The position numbers and the translations under genes were made by a program. DNA of 64,000 bases from Candidatus Thalassarchaeaceae archaeon (GTDB taxonomy: Archaea; Thermoplasmatota; Poseidoniia; Poseidoniales; Thalassarchaeaceae). How positions within the stretch are numbered: position 1 is the first letter of the stretch; the number at the start of each line of letters is the position of its first letter. Shown piece after piece: positions 30,281 to 40,346 of this stretch. The notes under the pieces are model-generated. The model made no database searches. It saw only the letters and a program-made list of their open reading frames with translations, and was not told where the DNA came from. The DNA lies in assembly GCA_030749075.1 (NCBI GenBank), contig JASMKR010000035.1, positions 15,858 through 79,857 of the forward strand, in the 5' to 3' direction.

Positions 30281-31495
30281 GTGCGCCTGTGGACCGTGCT
30301 CATGGTCGTTCTCGTTATTTCGGCACCCCTCAGTGGCTGCCTCTGGGAGGAAGAAGTCCCTCCAGAGGCGATAGAGGAGCCCACTCACTTCGGGGCATTT
30401 AGTGTGGTCGCGCCAATAGACACGGGAATAAACGTCTATCACGATCACTTCGCAATGAATGATTCCTACCCAATTTGGCTACTTGACGGTATGGGGGTCA
30501 ACATGGTCTGTGATATCGCGAAAAACGGCACTTGGCAGGAGCGCTACGATGCTGACCGGGAGAGTTGCTGGGATGTAATCGAGGCAGGTGACATCGTCTG
30601 GTTCAGAGGATCTCGAATTATTGGGACCTCTCCCGATGACAATACCGACATCCCCATTCTGGATGACCCCGACGACGGCCATGGAAGCGCTGTCACAGGC
30701 GCGGTGCTCAATGCCAATCCGGATGCCGTTATTTTCTTCGTCGAGGGGTTCAGCGATGCCGCGGTGCTCGCGGCTGCTAACCAGCCACTAGTGGACATCA
30801 TCACTACCAGCTTCGGACCCATTCTTTCGGTACCAGTCCCCGGAATAGAGGATGCCACCAAGGTTGCTGTCATCCAGAAGAAGAAACTCCACACGGGTGC
30901 GGCTGACAACTCGCCCTCACCCGCGGTGCAGGACTCTACATCCGGCCCTCCATGGAGCATCGGGGTTTCGGGATACGCAGAGGAGGGGGACGATCAGAAG
31001 GAGACGATGAGCGGGTCATATCCTGACGTGGCGGCCGATTGGACACAGGTGCTGCCGAACCATGACGACATTGATGGATACCACGAGACTTCCGGAACCT
31101 CGTTCGCCACACCACGCACTGCAGGATTGCTGTCAAAGGTGCTAATGCGATTGCGTTCAGAGTTTGGGGATGGCTCCTCTGGGGCAGATCCGACCATCAG
31201 GGGGGGCCAACTGGTGAACGGCACCAACTTCACACTGACTAATGACGACCTCAGAAACGCCCTCAACCGATCCGGATGGTATCCCTCATTCTCAACTTGG
31301 GACCCACTCTCGGGAACCACTCCCATTTCACCAATCGCACCTTGTACCCAAGTAGGTTGGGGAGTAGTCAACGAGAGTAACGTACTGCCCATGATTGAGC
31401 ATCTGAATGAGACGGCGTCGATGGCTCAACGGTCAAGCGATGTCACGATATGCATGGAAGCAAACCAAGCGATTCGAGAGGCATACTGGACTTGA
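30281..31495 (+). CDS. S8 family peptidase, lipoprotein
   Basis: LSGC lipobox; IDTG, HGS, SGTSFATP. Confidence 0.82.
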   Translation: MRLWTVLMVVLVISAPLSGCLWEEEVPPEAIEEPTHFGAFSVVAPIDTGINVYHDHFAMNDSYPIWLLDGMGVNMVCDIAKNGTWQERYDADRESCWDVIEAGDIVWFRGSRIIGTSPDDNTDIPILDDPDDGHGSAVTGAVLNANPDAVIFFVEGFSDAAVLAAANQPLVDIITTSFGPILSVPVPGIEDATKVAVIQKKKLHTGAADNSPSPAVQDSTSGPPWSIGVSGYAEEGDDQKETMSGSYPDVAADWTQVLPNHDDIDGYHETSGTSFATPRTAGLLSKVLMRLRSEFGDGSSGADPTIRGGQLVNGTNFTLTNDDLRNALNRSGWYPSFSTWDPLSGTTPISPIAPCTQVGWGVVNESNVLPMIEHLNETASMAQRSSDVTICMEANQAIREAYWT

Positions 31496-31538
31496 TTGGT
31501 TCGACGGATTCAAATGCCAAATATTTTCCCGCAATGGT

Positions 31539-32186
31539 ATGAGAAAGGTTCTCCTGAGATGGAAGATTGCCTCACTCGGCGGGTCCAAGGAGATTTCTCG
31601 CATCTTGGAAATTGCTGAGCGAATCGAGGTCCTCGGTCACCTATCACTCGGAGAGGATGGCGTTACCCAACTGGCTGAGGTCAAGATGCGCGAGGGGCAC
31701 GAGCTCCATGAGTTATCCGAATTGGATAGTTTCGAGGTGCTGGAGGAGCACGAGGAGGACGAGGATGGAGTACTAGCCAGCATCCTATGCACACACCCCC
31801 TCGCAAGGACGGCCATCGAGCTCTCGAACATTCATGTGCACCCGCCATATGGTATTGATTCCAAACGGGGATTGGAGCTCCGTATGTCGGGGCTCTCTGA
31901 CTCTATTCGCAGGTATATCGGATTGATTCGAGCAGTCATTCCCCCGGACAGTATCAGCGTTCAGACCTTCAAGACAGCGAATCACAATGGATGGTCCGAG
32001 TTCCTCACGCCCAAGCAGAGGGAGGTGCTGAAACTCGCTGTTCGAAAGGGGTACTACGAAGATGGCTCGAAAGTGACCCTCAAGCAGCTTGCTGATGAGA
32101 TGGAAATCGCCAGAAGCACACTCGGAGAGCATTTGAAGAGAGTGGAGTCTGAGGTCATGAAGAGAGTAGGCGAAGAGTTGGTTTGA
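31539..32186 (+). CDS. Bacterio-opsin-activator-type (HTH_10) transcriptional regulator
   Basis: C-terminal LTPKQREVL.LA...GYYE...VTL..LA..M.I..STL.EHL.R.E. Confidence 0.88.
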   Translation: MRKVLLRWKIASLGGSKEISRILEIAERIEVLGHLSLGEDGVTQLAEVKMREGHELHELSELDSFEVLEEHEEDEDGVLASILCTHPLARTAIELSNIHVHPPYGIDSKRGLELRMSGLSDSIRRYIGLIRAVIPPDSISVQTFKTANHNGWSEFLTPKQREVLKLAVRKGYYEDGSKVTLKQLADEMEIARSTLGEHLKRVESEVMKRVGEELV

Positions 32187-32244
32187 ATATCACAACGACA
32201 CCTACCGAATGCTCAAAGGATGACTGTGCTTGTGTCGGCATAAC

Positions 32245-32814
32245 ATGGCGCAGTTCCGGCTACCTATGCTTCCCCCACCTGACAAGGTGCCATGGTCTGC
32301 AACTGTTAACGGCATGACCGTCTCCGTGCCGATAGACAGCAATGCCATCCTTCTGGACGTGCTCAGGGACCAGGTAGGCAGCCTCGGCACCAAGCGTGGC
32401 TGCGATATGGGCACCTGCGGATGTTGCAGCGTCCTGGTTGACGGGGTTCCCAAGTTGTCCTGCCTGACGCTGGCCCAAGAGGCGACCGGATATGGGATCA
32501 CCACGGTCGAGGGGCTAGCGGACGGCCACCACCTTCACCCAATCCAAAAGACATTCACGGAGTGCGGAGGGAGTCAGTGCGGCTTCTGCACACCCGGCTT
32601 CCTCGTGGTGATCTCCGCGCTTCTGGATGAGAATCCGACTCCTAATGACGACGAGATCAAGGGCGCCATCGAGGGGAACCTGTGTAGGTGCACCGGATAC
32701 CAGCAAATCGTCGACTCCGTACGGGCTGCCTCCGAGATCCTCGTCTCAGGGGAGGGGGTCGCTGATTCTACGGCGGCCAAGAGCGACCCCCATCCAGGAT
32801 ACATAGGGGATTGA
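32245..32814 (+). CDS. Xanthine-dehydrogenase-family small subunit, 2x[2Fe-2S]
   Basis: GTKRGCDMGTCGCC, SC, QCGFCTPG, NLCRCTGY. Confidence 0.93.
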   Translation: MAQFRLPMLPPPDKVPWSATVNGMTVSVPIDSNAILLDVLRDQVGSLGTKRGCDMGTCGCCSVLVDGVPKLSCLTLAQEATGYGITTVEGLADGHHLHPIQKTFTECGGSQCGFCTPGFLVVISALLDENPTPNDDEIKGAIEGNLCRCTGYQQIVDSVRAASEILVSGEGVADSTAAKSDPHPGYIGD

Positions 32815-32823
32815 GGCGATTTC

Positions 32824-35583
32824 ATGAGTGAGGACAAGGACAGAGTGGAGGGCTACCGCCAGCAGAGCGGTAAACTGCCCTTCTCGCGTCCGGGTTCTGG
32901 TGGCAGCCGCAGGATGAGCGAACCACGTGACGAGGGTGCCATAGAGCGTGTCAAAGGAGCCAGCGGGCACAAGCACAACGATCTGGTAACCGGGTCAGCC
33001 GTCGGAAGGGCCACTGCTCTGGTGGACGGACGCTGGAAGGTGACAGGACAGGCGCAGTACGGCGACGACGTCCGCCTTCCCGGCGAGTTATTCGGCAGAA
33101 TCGTTCGTTCTAAGCACCACTACGCCAGGGTGCTGTCCATCGACGTCTCGGCGGCTGTGGAGTTGCCGGGGGTGGTCGCTGTGGCCACCGGGCAGGATGC
33201 CAGAGGGAGATTCGGTGTGCTTCCTGTGACCAAGGACGAGCACGCGATGGCTCGCGAGAAGGTGCGACACGTGGGCGATCTGATTGCCTGCGTCGCCGCT
33301 GTCGACGAGGCAACGGCGAGGGAGGCGGTGCGCCTCATTGAGGTCGAGTACGAGGAGCTCGAAGCCATCCACGACATGCGGCAGGGGCTTGAGGAGGCCG
33401 TCGAGCCTATCCATGACAGGGGCAAGTACCACATCGGCTCCTCGAATGTCCAGAAGAGGGTGTTCCAGGAATTCGGTGACATCGGGGGCATGACCGCCAA
33501 CGCCGTCGCCAGCCACAAATCCAACTGGTTATTCGCTGGTGCCAATCACGGATTCACCGAACCCCATGCTGTAGTCGCAAATTGGGATCCCTCGGGAAGA
33601 CTGACTCTGTATACCCCGCAGCAGGTCCCGCACTACGTCCACAGGGCTCTGGCTGATGTGCTTGAAATACCGATGCACCAGATCAATGTCTACCGGACCT
33701 TCGTGGGCGGTGGTTTTGGAGGAAAGTCCGATCCGTTCCCGCATGAAATGTGTGCTGCAATACTCTCTCGGAAGACCGGAAGACCGGTCAGGATAAACTT
33801 CGACCGCGAGGAGGTCTTCTGGGTTAATCGCGGGCGGCATCCCTCTCGGATCGAGATGAATCTACACGCCGACTCCGAGGGCAGGCTCTGTGGCATCGAG
33901 ACTGATGCCCTAATCGACGGTGGTGCCTTCGCCTCTTTCGGACACGTCACCACCTACTACAACGGTGTCCTGCACACCGCTCCCTACGAGATCGGCGCCT
34001 TCCACTACACCGGAGCACGAGTATGGACCAACAAACCTGCGAGTGGTGCGATGCGTGGTCACGGCGCGGTCAACTCGCGTTGCGCAGTCGAGGTCGGGAT
34101 GGATGATCTAGCCGAGCAACTGAGCGTCGATCCAATCACCCTGAGACTGGCAAATCTGCTGCCCCCGCACTCAGCCACAATCACAGGATTCAGGGTCACC
34201 AGCATCGGCATGCGCGAGTGCCTCGAGCGCGTCAGGCAGGCCTCGGACTGGGAGGAAAAGTTCCGCAAACTGCCCGATGGTCACGGAATCGGGATCGGTT
34301 GCGGTTTCTTCATCTCCGGCAGTGGGCTGCCGATCCACTGGGAGCCCAACAAGTTCCCCCACGCCACCGTCCACCTCAAAGTCGACATGGACGGAGGGGT
34401 CACCGTCCACACCGGCGCCGCTGAGATTGGACAGGGCTCTGACACCGTGATAGCCCAGTCGGTAGCCGAGGTGCTGGGACTCCCCCTCGACATAATCAGG
34501 ATTAGGAGCAGGGAGACGGATACCTCCCCCGTCGACCTTGGGTCGTACTCTTCTCGCGTGACTTTCATGAACGCCAACGCAGCGATCTCCGCAGCGATGG
34601 AGGTCCGGCAGGAATTGCTGGAAGCAGCAGCAGTGGTGACCGAGTCACCGGTCGGAAAACTTGTCATCGGCGACCGTCGCATCTACAGGCGGGATGACCC
34701 CTCAGTCGGAGTGTCATATCTAGAAGCACTTCACAAGGCGCAGGAAGACAGGGGCGCACTGGTTTCATCAGGTGCGTATCGGACGCCTCCGATGGGGCGG
34801 GTCCACAGGGGGGCCGGTGCTGGAATCGCCCCTGCCTACTCTTTCTCGGCCTATGTTGCCGAGGCCAAGGTTGACATCGAGACCGGTCAGACCCAAGTGC
34901 TCAAGGTATGGGCCGCGCACGACTGCGGCAAGGCTCTCAACCCCCTTTCTGTGAAGGGTCAGATGATTGGTTCATGCCACATGGGCCTGGGCCAGGTCCT
35001 TAGCGAGGAGATGAGATACGGCAGGAACGGTCACCTGATCAATCCCGACCTGCTTGATTACAAGATCCCGACCGTCCACGAGATGCCCGAAATAGTTCCC
35101 ATTATCGTGGAGTCCAACGACTCGGAGGGCCCGTTCGGTGCCAAGGAGGCCGGAGAGGGGCCTCTGCTGCCGATACTGCCCGCGGTGTGCAACGCCGTGT
35201 ACGATGCCATAGGAATCAGAACCAGCGAGTTGCCAATCACGCCAGACCGTATGCACAGGATGATCGAGGGGCGCTGCAAGGAAGAGGGGGTCTCCAGCCC
35301 GCTGGAACTGCCCTCCCCAAGGCTGGAGTTCTCGGAACTGCAAGGCGCTCTTGAGGCTCGTGCCGCCGAACACGAAAAGCGAGACCGGGCTCGCAGCACT
35401 GACCCAGATCCCACCCCTTACCACAACGGGGCGCTGTTCGGGTTCGACCCGGAAATCCCGGCTGACGAGCAGGATGGGGACTGGGTTGTCAGCGTGACGC
35501 CGAGTGCCGAGTACATCGGCAATCCCCGCTTGGCCGGCAGCGCGTGGAAGCATGCCGAGCGCCGCTATGGGGGCGATTCCTGA
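32824..35583 (+). CDS. Molybdopterin-binding large subunit, 4-hydroxybenzoyl-CoA reductase alpha-like
   Basis: KVTG.A.Y.DD, VGGGFGGK, GAMRGHG, EIGQG, SYSSR, AHDCGKALNP, DYKIPT, GAKEAGE. Confidence 0.88.
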   Translation: MSEDKDRVEGYRQQSGKLPFSRPGSGGSRRMSEPRDEGAIERVKGASGHKHNDLVTGSAVGRATALVDGRWKVTGQAQYGDDVRLPGELFGRIVRSKHHYARVLSIDVSAAVELPGVVAVATGQDARGRFGVLPVTKDEHAMAREKVRHVGDLIACVAAVDEATAREAVRLIEVEYEELEAIHDMRQGLEEAVEPIHDRGKYHIGSSNVQKRVFQEFGDIGGMTANAVASHKSNWLFAGANHGFTEPHAVVANWDPSGRLTLYTPQQVPHYVHRALADVLEIPMHQINVYRTFVGGGFGGKSDPFPHEMCAAILSRKTGRPVRINFDREEVFWVNRGRHPSRIEMNLHADSEGRLCGIETDALIDGGAFASFGHVTTYYNGVLHTAPYEIGAFHYTGARVWTNKPASGAMRGHGAVNSRCAVEVGMDDLAEQLSVDPITLRLANLLPPHSATITGFRVTSIGMRECLERVRQASDWEEKFRKLPDGHGIGIGCGFFISGSGLPIHWEPNKFPHATVHLKVDMDGGVTVHTGAAEIGQGSDTVIAQSVAEVLGLPLDIIRIRSRETDTSPVDLGSYSSRVTFMNANAAISAAMEVRQELLEAAAVVTESPVGKLVIGDRRIYRRDDPSVGVSYLEALHKAQEDRGALVSSGAYRTPPMGRVHRGAGAGIAPAYSFSAYVAEAKVDIETGQTQVLKVWAAHDCGKALNPLSVKGQMIGSCHMGLGQVLSEEMRYGRNGHLINPDLLDYKIPTVHEMPEIVPIIVESNDSEGPFGAKEAGEGPLLPILPAVCNAVYDAIGIRTSELPITPDRMHRMIEGRCKEEGVSSPLELPSPRLEFSELQGALEARAAEHEKRDRARSTDPDPTPYHNGALFGFDPEIPADEQDGDWVVSVTPSAEYIGNPRLAGSAWKHAERRYGGDS

Positions 35584-36560
35584 TGCGGATGCCCCCGTTC
35601 TTGCTTCATACCCCCCAAACCTTGGACGGGGTGCTGGCCATCTCTAATGCACTCGCTGACTCTGGCCAAGAGTTTGACTGGGTCGCAGGAGGAACCGACT
35701 TGCTGCCCAACTACAAATGGCACCTGAATGTAAAGTCCCACGTAATCTCCCTAGCAAGGGTTTCGGAGCTCTCCGAGCTCTCGGACACCCACATAGGGGC
35801 TATGGTCAGACTCCAAGACCTAGTGGAGTCTGATACTGTGCACCCGCTGATATCCAGCGTTTCTAGGAAGATTGCCAGCGTAATGCTGCGACGTTCCGGA
35901 ACAGTCGGAGGCAATATCTGCCTTGATACCCGGTGTTTCTGGTTCAACCAGTCTGAGGAGTGGCGTGAGTCAATAGATTGGTGTTACAAGTGCGATTGCG
36001 GAACTGGAGCCGACTGCAGGGTCATCCCTCACCAAAACAAGCTCTGCGTCGCCACCTACCAAGCCGATCTCGCACCAGCACTGATGTGCCTCGGGGCATC
36101 AATACATCTGGTCTCATCTGGAGGTTCTCGCTCGATGGCACTGTCGGAGTTCTTCCGAGAAGATGGAATCACAAGGAACGTCCTTGAGCCAGGAGAGCTT
36201 GTTACCCACCTGACACTACCAAAAGACGCATCAGAGTGGAAGGGTGACTACCAGAAACTCAGGCAGCGTGAGGCTTGGGACTTCCCTGAAGCCGGTGTGG
36301 TTGTCGCATGGAGGGGAGAGGGGGGGGGCCCTACAGACCTGCGAGTGGCGACAACAGGACTGGGAGCAGTTCCGGTACTGCACCAAGAGGCCTCCTCCGT
36401 GCTAGATCAATGGGAGGGCGAGGCCAGCGTTGAAGCATTGGCAGAATCCATCCAAAAGGCAGTAAAACCTGTTCTGAATACTTGGTTCCCCCCTTCATAC
36501 AGACGAAAAATGGTCAAGGTCTTAACAAAGCGGGCGAGTAGGGGCCTACTGGTGAGGTAA
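35583..36560 (+). CDS. FAD-binding medium subunit with [4Fe-4S] insertion (HcrB-like)
   Basis: AGGTDL, GTVGGNICLDTRC.WFNQSE.WR....C.K....C.......C...DLAPAL. Confidence 0.88.
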   Translation: MRMPPFLLHTPQTLDGVLAISNALADSGQEFDWVAGGTDLLPNYKWHLNVKSHVISLARVSELSELSDTHIGAMVRLQDLVESDTVHPLISSVSRKIASVMLRRSGTVGGNICLDTRCFWFNQSEEWRESIDWCYKCDCGTGADCRVIPHQNKLCVATYQADLAPALMCLGASIHLVSSGGSRSMALSEFFREDGITRNVLEPGELVTHLTLPKDASEWKGDYQKLRQREAWDFPEAGVVVAWRGEGGGPTDLRVATTGLGAVPVLHQEASSVLDQWEGEASVEALAESIQKAVKPVLNTWFPPSYRRKMVKVLTKRASRGLLVR

Positions 36561-37516
36561 TGGAGCGAAGCGCGCGCTCGCTGTTGCTTTCAGTGGCAAT
36601 ACTTGCCCTTCTGGTGCCAGCAAGCCCCCTGAGGGGACAGGGTCTCGACGCATGGGATCTCGGGATAATATACCCCGGGGATGATGCGGAGACTCCTTTC
36701 GAAATCTCTAGGGATGGCACCGTTAGGGTAGAGTTCTTCGTAGAGAACTCCGGATTCGTGGAAATTGAATTAGAATTTGAGTACGAAATCCCATTTGGCG
36801 GAGAGCATGATGCGCCCGAAAGCGCCACCGTCGCCGCCGGATCGAACGAGACGTTTGACCTGAAAGTGAGTGATATCGACGTGTTCAACTTCGAAGCGAG
36901 GCAGGAGGATTCGTTCTCCATTACGGCGACGGTCATTGCGCGGCAGGGCGTTCCGGTTCCGGATCCGCTCAACACACAACAGAGTGAGGAGGGTGATCTC
37001 GTCATCCCCACGATCTATGACTTGAGCATTGAAGTCGATGATCCGCTGGGTCCAATGAACGCTGGAACGGATGCCATCCTAAGGGTGTCTATCACCAACA
37101 CAGGGAACGTCCAAGATAAGGCGGGGGACATCGAAGTCTCCGATGACTGCCCCCTACTCACCACCGATAATGGGCTCGATGAACTGATGATGGGCAACAT
37201 AATGCCAGGAAAGTCCAAACAGGCTGATCTAAAGGTCAAAGCATCCGAGAGCCATCCCAAACGGCACTGTGACGTCACGGTGACAGTCTCCTCCAATGGG
37301 GCCATGAACTCGGGCGAATCGGTCGTAGTGAGCGATGAGGTGCGAGTCTCGGTGGAGCCCCCCCCCACAAACGAGGAGGTGCCGGAGGAAGACGAGCCTG
37401 ATGACCCCGAAGAAGTTCTGAGCTCCAATCTTCCAGCTCCCGGAGTGCTAACAATTATTCTGGGGTTCATCGCGGCTCTGTCGAAAAATTCCAAGAAACT
37501 GCGAAAGCGGAAATAA
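36560..37516 (+). CDS. Secreted Ig-like surface protein with C-terminal LPAPG-TM-basic anchor
   Basis: Signal peptide, beta-rich N.G..D repeats, acidic linker, SNLPAPG + hydrophobic helix + KKLRKRK. Confidence 0.7.
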   Translation: MERSARSLLLSVAILALLVPASPLRGQGLDAWDLGIIYPGDDAETPFEISRDGTVRVEFFVENSGFVEIELEFEYEIPFGGEHDAPESATVAAGSNETFDLKVSDIDVFNFEARQEDSFSITATVIARQGVPVPDPLNTQQSEEGDLVIPTIYDLSIEVDDPLGPMNAGTDAILRVSITNTGNVQDKAGDIEVSDDCPLLTTDNGLDELMMGNIMPGKSKQADLKVKASESHPKRHCDVTVTVSSNGAMNSGESVVVSDEVRVSVEPPPTNEEVPEEDEPDDPEEVLSSNLPAPGVLTIILGFIAALSKNSKKLRKRK

Positions 37517-37639
37517 GAGACTACGCCTATTTTATAGATTATGAAAATGAACGTTGCTCAGCAACATATAACCGTGATTCATCGGTCGCAACCACGCTAT
37601 AGGTGAGTTCTCGCGCTCTCTTTATTGGGGTTTGGTACT

Positions 37640-39250
37640 ATGTCTGAAAACAATGACCAGGAGAAGAGGTTCAACACCTACGTCATCTCATCGCTGGCAG
37701 TGACATCGGCATTGTTACTTCTGCTTCCAATGCTATTCGTCATAGGCAAGGACACGGCCTACTCCGCCTACGAGGTAGAGGAGCTCTACCAAGTGTCCGA
37801 TATGAGGGACACGCTCTCAGGGGAAGAGCTCTATTTCGTTGCAAACACAATGTCAACACCCATGCTAGTGAACGATTGGAAGGACCCCCACAGGACGCTG
37901 CTTGCAATTATCGGGCCAGAGAAGCCCATTGACGATACCGAGGCAGATGAGATCTACAAGTTCGTCACAGAGCGGGGCGGCAAGGTCATCGTGGCTGCTG
38001 ACAACACAAACGCGAATAGGCTCGCTAACAAGTTCGGAGTCACTTTCTTCAATGATCCGATGCTGGACGAGAAGCAACACTGGGTGGTTCATGACCAACT
38101 CGGCCAAGCACCCACGATATCGTGGAAGAACGTCTGGAGTGCCGCATCAGTGACGCAAGATGTCGACCAAATGTCTCCTGGTGCGATGATGCAGGGCTGC
38201 ACGACCTTCCAAATCGAGAACTACAACCCAATCGACTGTCGTATCCCGGTAATGTTCAGATCACCAACAGGTCTGAGGTTTGAGCCACTGCTCCTTGATA
38301 CCGAGGACCCGGGTCATCGCAAGATTATGACCTTAGGCAAGGCCTCCACATCGGCTTTCATCGATATCCTAGGCACTGGCGAAGGCACCGATCCAAGAAA
38401 CCCGGCTCCCGGTGACCTGCGACTGGTGATGAGGTTCGACTACCCGGGAATCGATGTCTTTGATGAGTTACCGGTCGAGGGAAGGGGCACGTTCTCATCT
38501 GGAGTGGGGGAGCTAGAAGTCACGGGCAGCATAGTATTCGTGTCTGACGAGGAGGTCTTCTCGAATCTCCTTTGGTCTCTCGATGTCGCCGAGGGAGAAG
38601 GTCTCAGCAAGGATTGCAAATCCGTGGGGGACTATACTCTGAACAACTGCTGGACCAAGGAGATTCTGAACAATAACGAGTGGAGTGGCAATGATCGGTA
38701 CTTCGGACTCTTAATCTATGACATGATGGAATTCGATAACATCAATCTCTCTGCTCAGGTGAGGCAGGGTGATTTCGCGGGTGATAAGTCAAACTTTCAA
38801 ATCGTTTTCGATGAGAGCCGACATGTTACCGGGGTGATCTCAGCACCCTTCGTGGAGACCATGGGCACGGTAGTCCTGCTGACATCTAATGAATTCCTGA
38901 AGTGGCTTGTCGTCCTGAATGTGGGCCTCCTGCTCCTCGTGGCGATGATGATAGTGCCGGAGAGGGAGAACTGGAGGCACGTTTTCGATCTGACCAGATT
39001 CAACAAGAGGCCCAACAAACTCGATCCCGGTACCTATCGCAAACGAGTTCAACAGGCCCTCTTTACCAAGATAAGGGTCCAAAACGATCTTACTCGTGAT
39101 CAGATGGCTGCAAAGCCCCCGCCTGAGATTCAGGCATTGATCGGGGACCCACGCCTTGTGGAATTGGCTTATAGCCAAAGCCGCACGTACTCGCCCCAAG
39201 AGTTGCGCAAGCTTATGCATGCCATTAGAAGATGGGGAAAGGAAAACTGA
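37640..39250 (+). CDS. DUF4350-like membrane-anchored protein
   Basis: N-terminal TM, IIGPE..., FV..GGKVIVAAD, IVFVSD..VFSN, VFDESRH; first gene before moxR. Confidence 0.65.
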   Translation: MSENNDQEKRFNTYVISSLAVTSALLLLLPMLFVIGKDTAYSAYEVEELYQVSDMRDTLSGEELYFVANTMSTPMLVNDWKDPHRTLLAIIGPEKPIDDTEADEIYKFVTERGGKVIVAADNTNANRLANKFGVTFFNDPMLDEKQHWVVHDQLGQAPTISWKNVWSAASVTQDVDQMSPGAMMQGCTTFQIENYNPIDCRIPVMFRSPTGLRFEPLLLDTEDPGHRKIMTLGKASTSAFIDILGTGEGTDPRNPAPGDLRLVMRFDYPGIDVFDELPVEGRGTFSSGVGELEVTGSIVFVSDEEVFSNLLWSLDVAEGEGLSKDCKSVGDYTLNNCWTKEILNNNEWSGNDRYFGLLIYDMMEFDNINLSAQVRQGDFAGDKSNFQIVFDESRHVTGVISAPFVETMGTVVLLTSNEFLKWLVVLNVGLLLLVAMMIVPERENWRHVFDLTRFNKRPNKLDPGTYRKRVQQALFTKIRVQNDLTRDQMAAKPPPEIQALIGDPRLVELAYSQSRTYSPQELRKLMHAIRRWGKEN

Positions 39251-39260
39251 CAGTGGAGAG

Positions 39261-40322
39261 ATGAAAATGAATGCAACACAACCGGCAGAAGGAAAGCAGG
39301 CACCGACTTTAGGCGGTCATGAAAGCGCGCTCGCGAAAAAGGCACAGGCTGCTCGAGGTTCGAGCAAGATGGATGAGGTATTGACCGCCACCGGAGCGAT
39401 GGGACAGGCTATCAGTACTGAGGTCCAGAAGGTCATCGTCGGCAAGGAACACGTGATTGACAACGTCATGGTCGATATCCTCTCCAACGGGAACCTACTG
39501 TTCGAAGACTTCCCCGGGCTCGCTAAGACCCTGATGACGAATACCTTCGCTGACGCCCTCGGGTGCGATTTCAAGCGAGTTCAATTCACCCCCGACTTGC
39601 TTCCTGCCGATATCACCGGGACCAATATCTACGACGCCAAGAAGGGCGAATTCACCTTCAAGCCGGGACCCATCTTCTGCAACCTTCTACTCTCGGACGA
39701 GATCAACAGAGCGCCGCCTAAGACGCAGGCTGCTCTCCTTGAGGCCATGCAGGAACTACAAGTCACGGTCGGCGTAGTCACCCACAAACTGCCTGCACCT
39801 TTCCTAACCATGGCAACCCAGAACCCCGTTGAACAGGAAGGTACCTACCCACTGCCTGAGGCACAACTCGATCGCTTCATGATGAAAATGATGGTCGGAT
39901 ATCCCGACAGGGCCGACGAGGACGAGATCCTCCAACGTAGAATCGCCAGGAAGAAGGACGAGGTCGAGGTCAACACCATCACTGAGCCGAGCATAGTTGT
40001 GAAGATGCAGAAATCCTGCGAGGAAGTCTACGTCGATCCCGCAATCAGGATGTACATGGTCGAGATCGTCGCGCGGACCAGAGAGGACCCGCGTGTCCTG
40101 GTAGGGTCCTCGCCTCGTGGCTCACAGGCACTCCTGAAGACCGGTCGAGCCGCTGCAGCGATGCGCGGTCGGGACTTTGTTACGCCTGATGACGTGAAAT
40201 CCATCGCGGAACTTGCTGTGGCTCACCGGTTGATTCTCAAGCCCGAACACCAGATCAAGGGGCTTGAGAGTGGCAAGGTCATCCGGGAAATACTTCGTCA
40301 GGTCCCTGTCCCGACGGTCTAG
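39261..40322 (+). CDS. MoxR family AAA+ ATPase
   Basis: EDFPGLAKT, RVQFTPDLLPAD, DEINRAPPKTQAALLEAM, ATQNPVEQEGTYPLPEAQLDRF. Confidence 0.95.
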   Translation: MKMNATQPAEGKQAPTLGGHESALAKKAQAARGSSKMDEVLTATGAMGQAISTEVQKVIVGKEHVIDNVMVDILSNGNLLFEDFPGLAKTLMTNTFADALGCDFKRVQFTPDLLPADITGTNIYDAKKGEFTFKPGPIFCNLLLSDEINRAPPKTQAALLEAMQELQVTVGVVTHKLPAPFLTMATQNPVEQEGTYPLPEAQLDRFMMKMMVGYPDRADEDEILQRRIARKKDEVEVNTITEPSIVVKMQKSCEEVYVDPAIRMYMVEIVARTREDPRVLVGSSPRGSQALLKTGRAAAAMRGRDFVTPDDVKSIAELAVAHRLILKPEHQIKGLESGKVIREILRQVPVPTV

Positions 40323-40346
40323 GAGTCCATTCGGGAGTAGGGAGAA

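Noticed and set aside
32824..35583. Aerobic CO dehydrogenase (coxL) call
   Set aside because: The active-site loop is AMRGHG, not the form I AYxCSFR motif.
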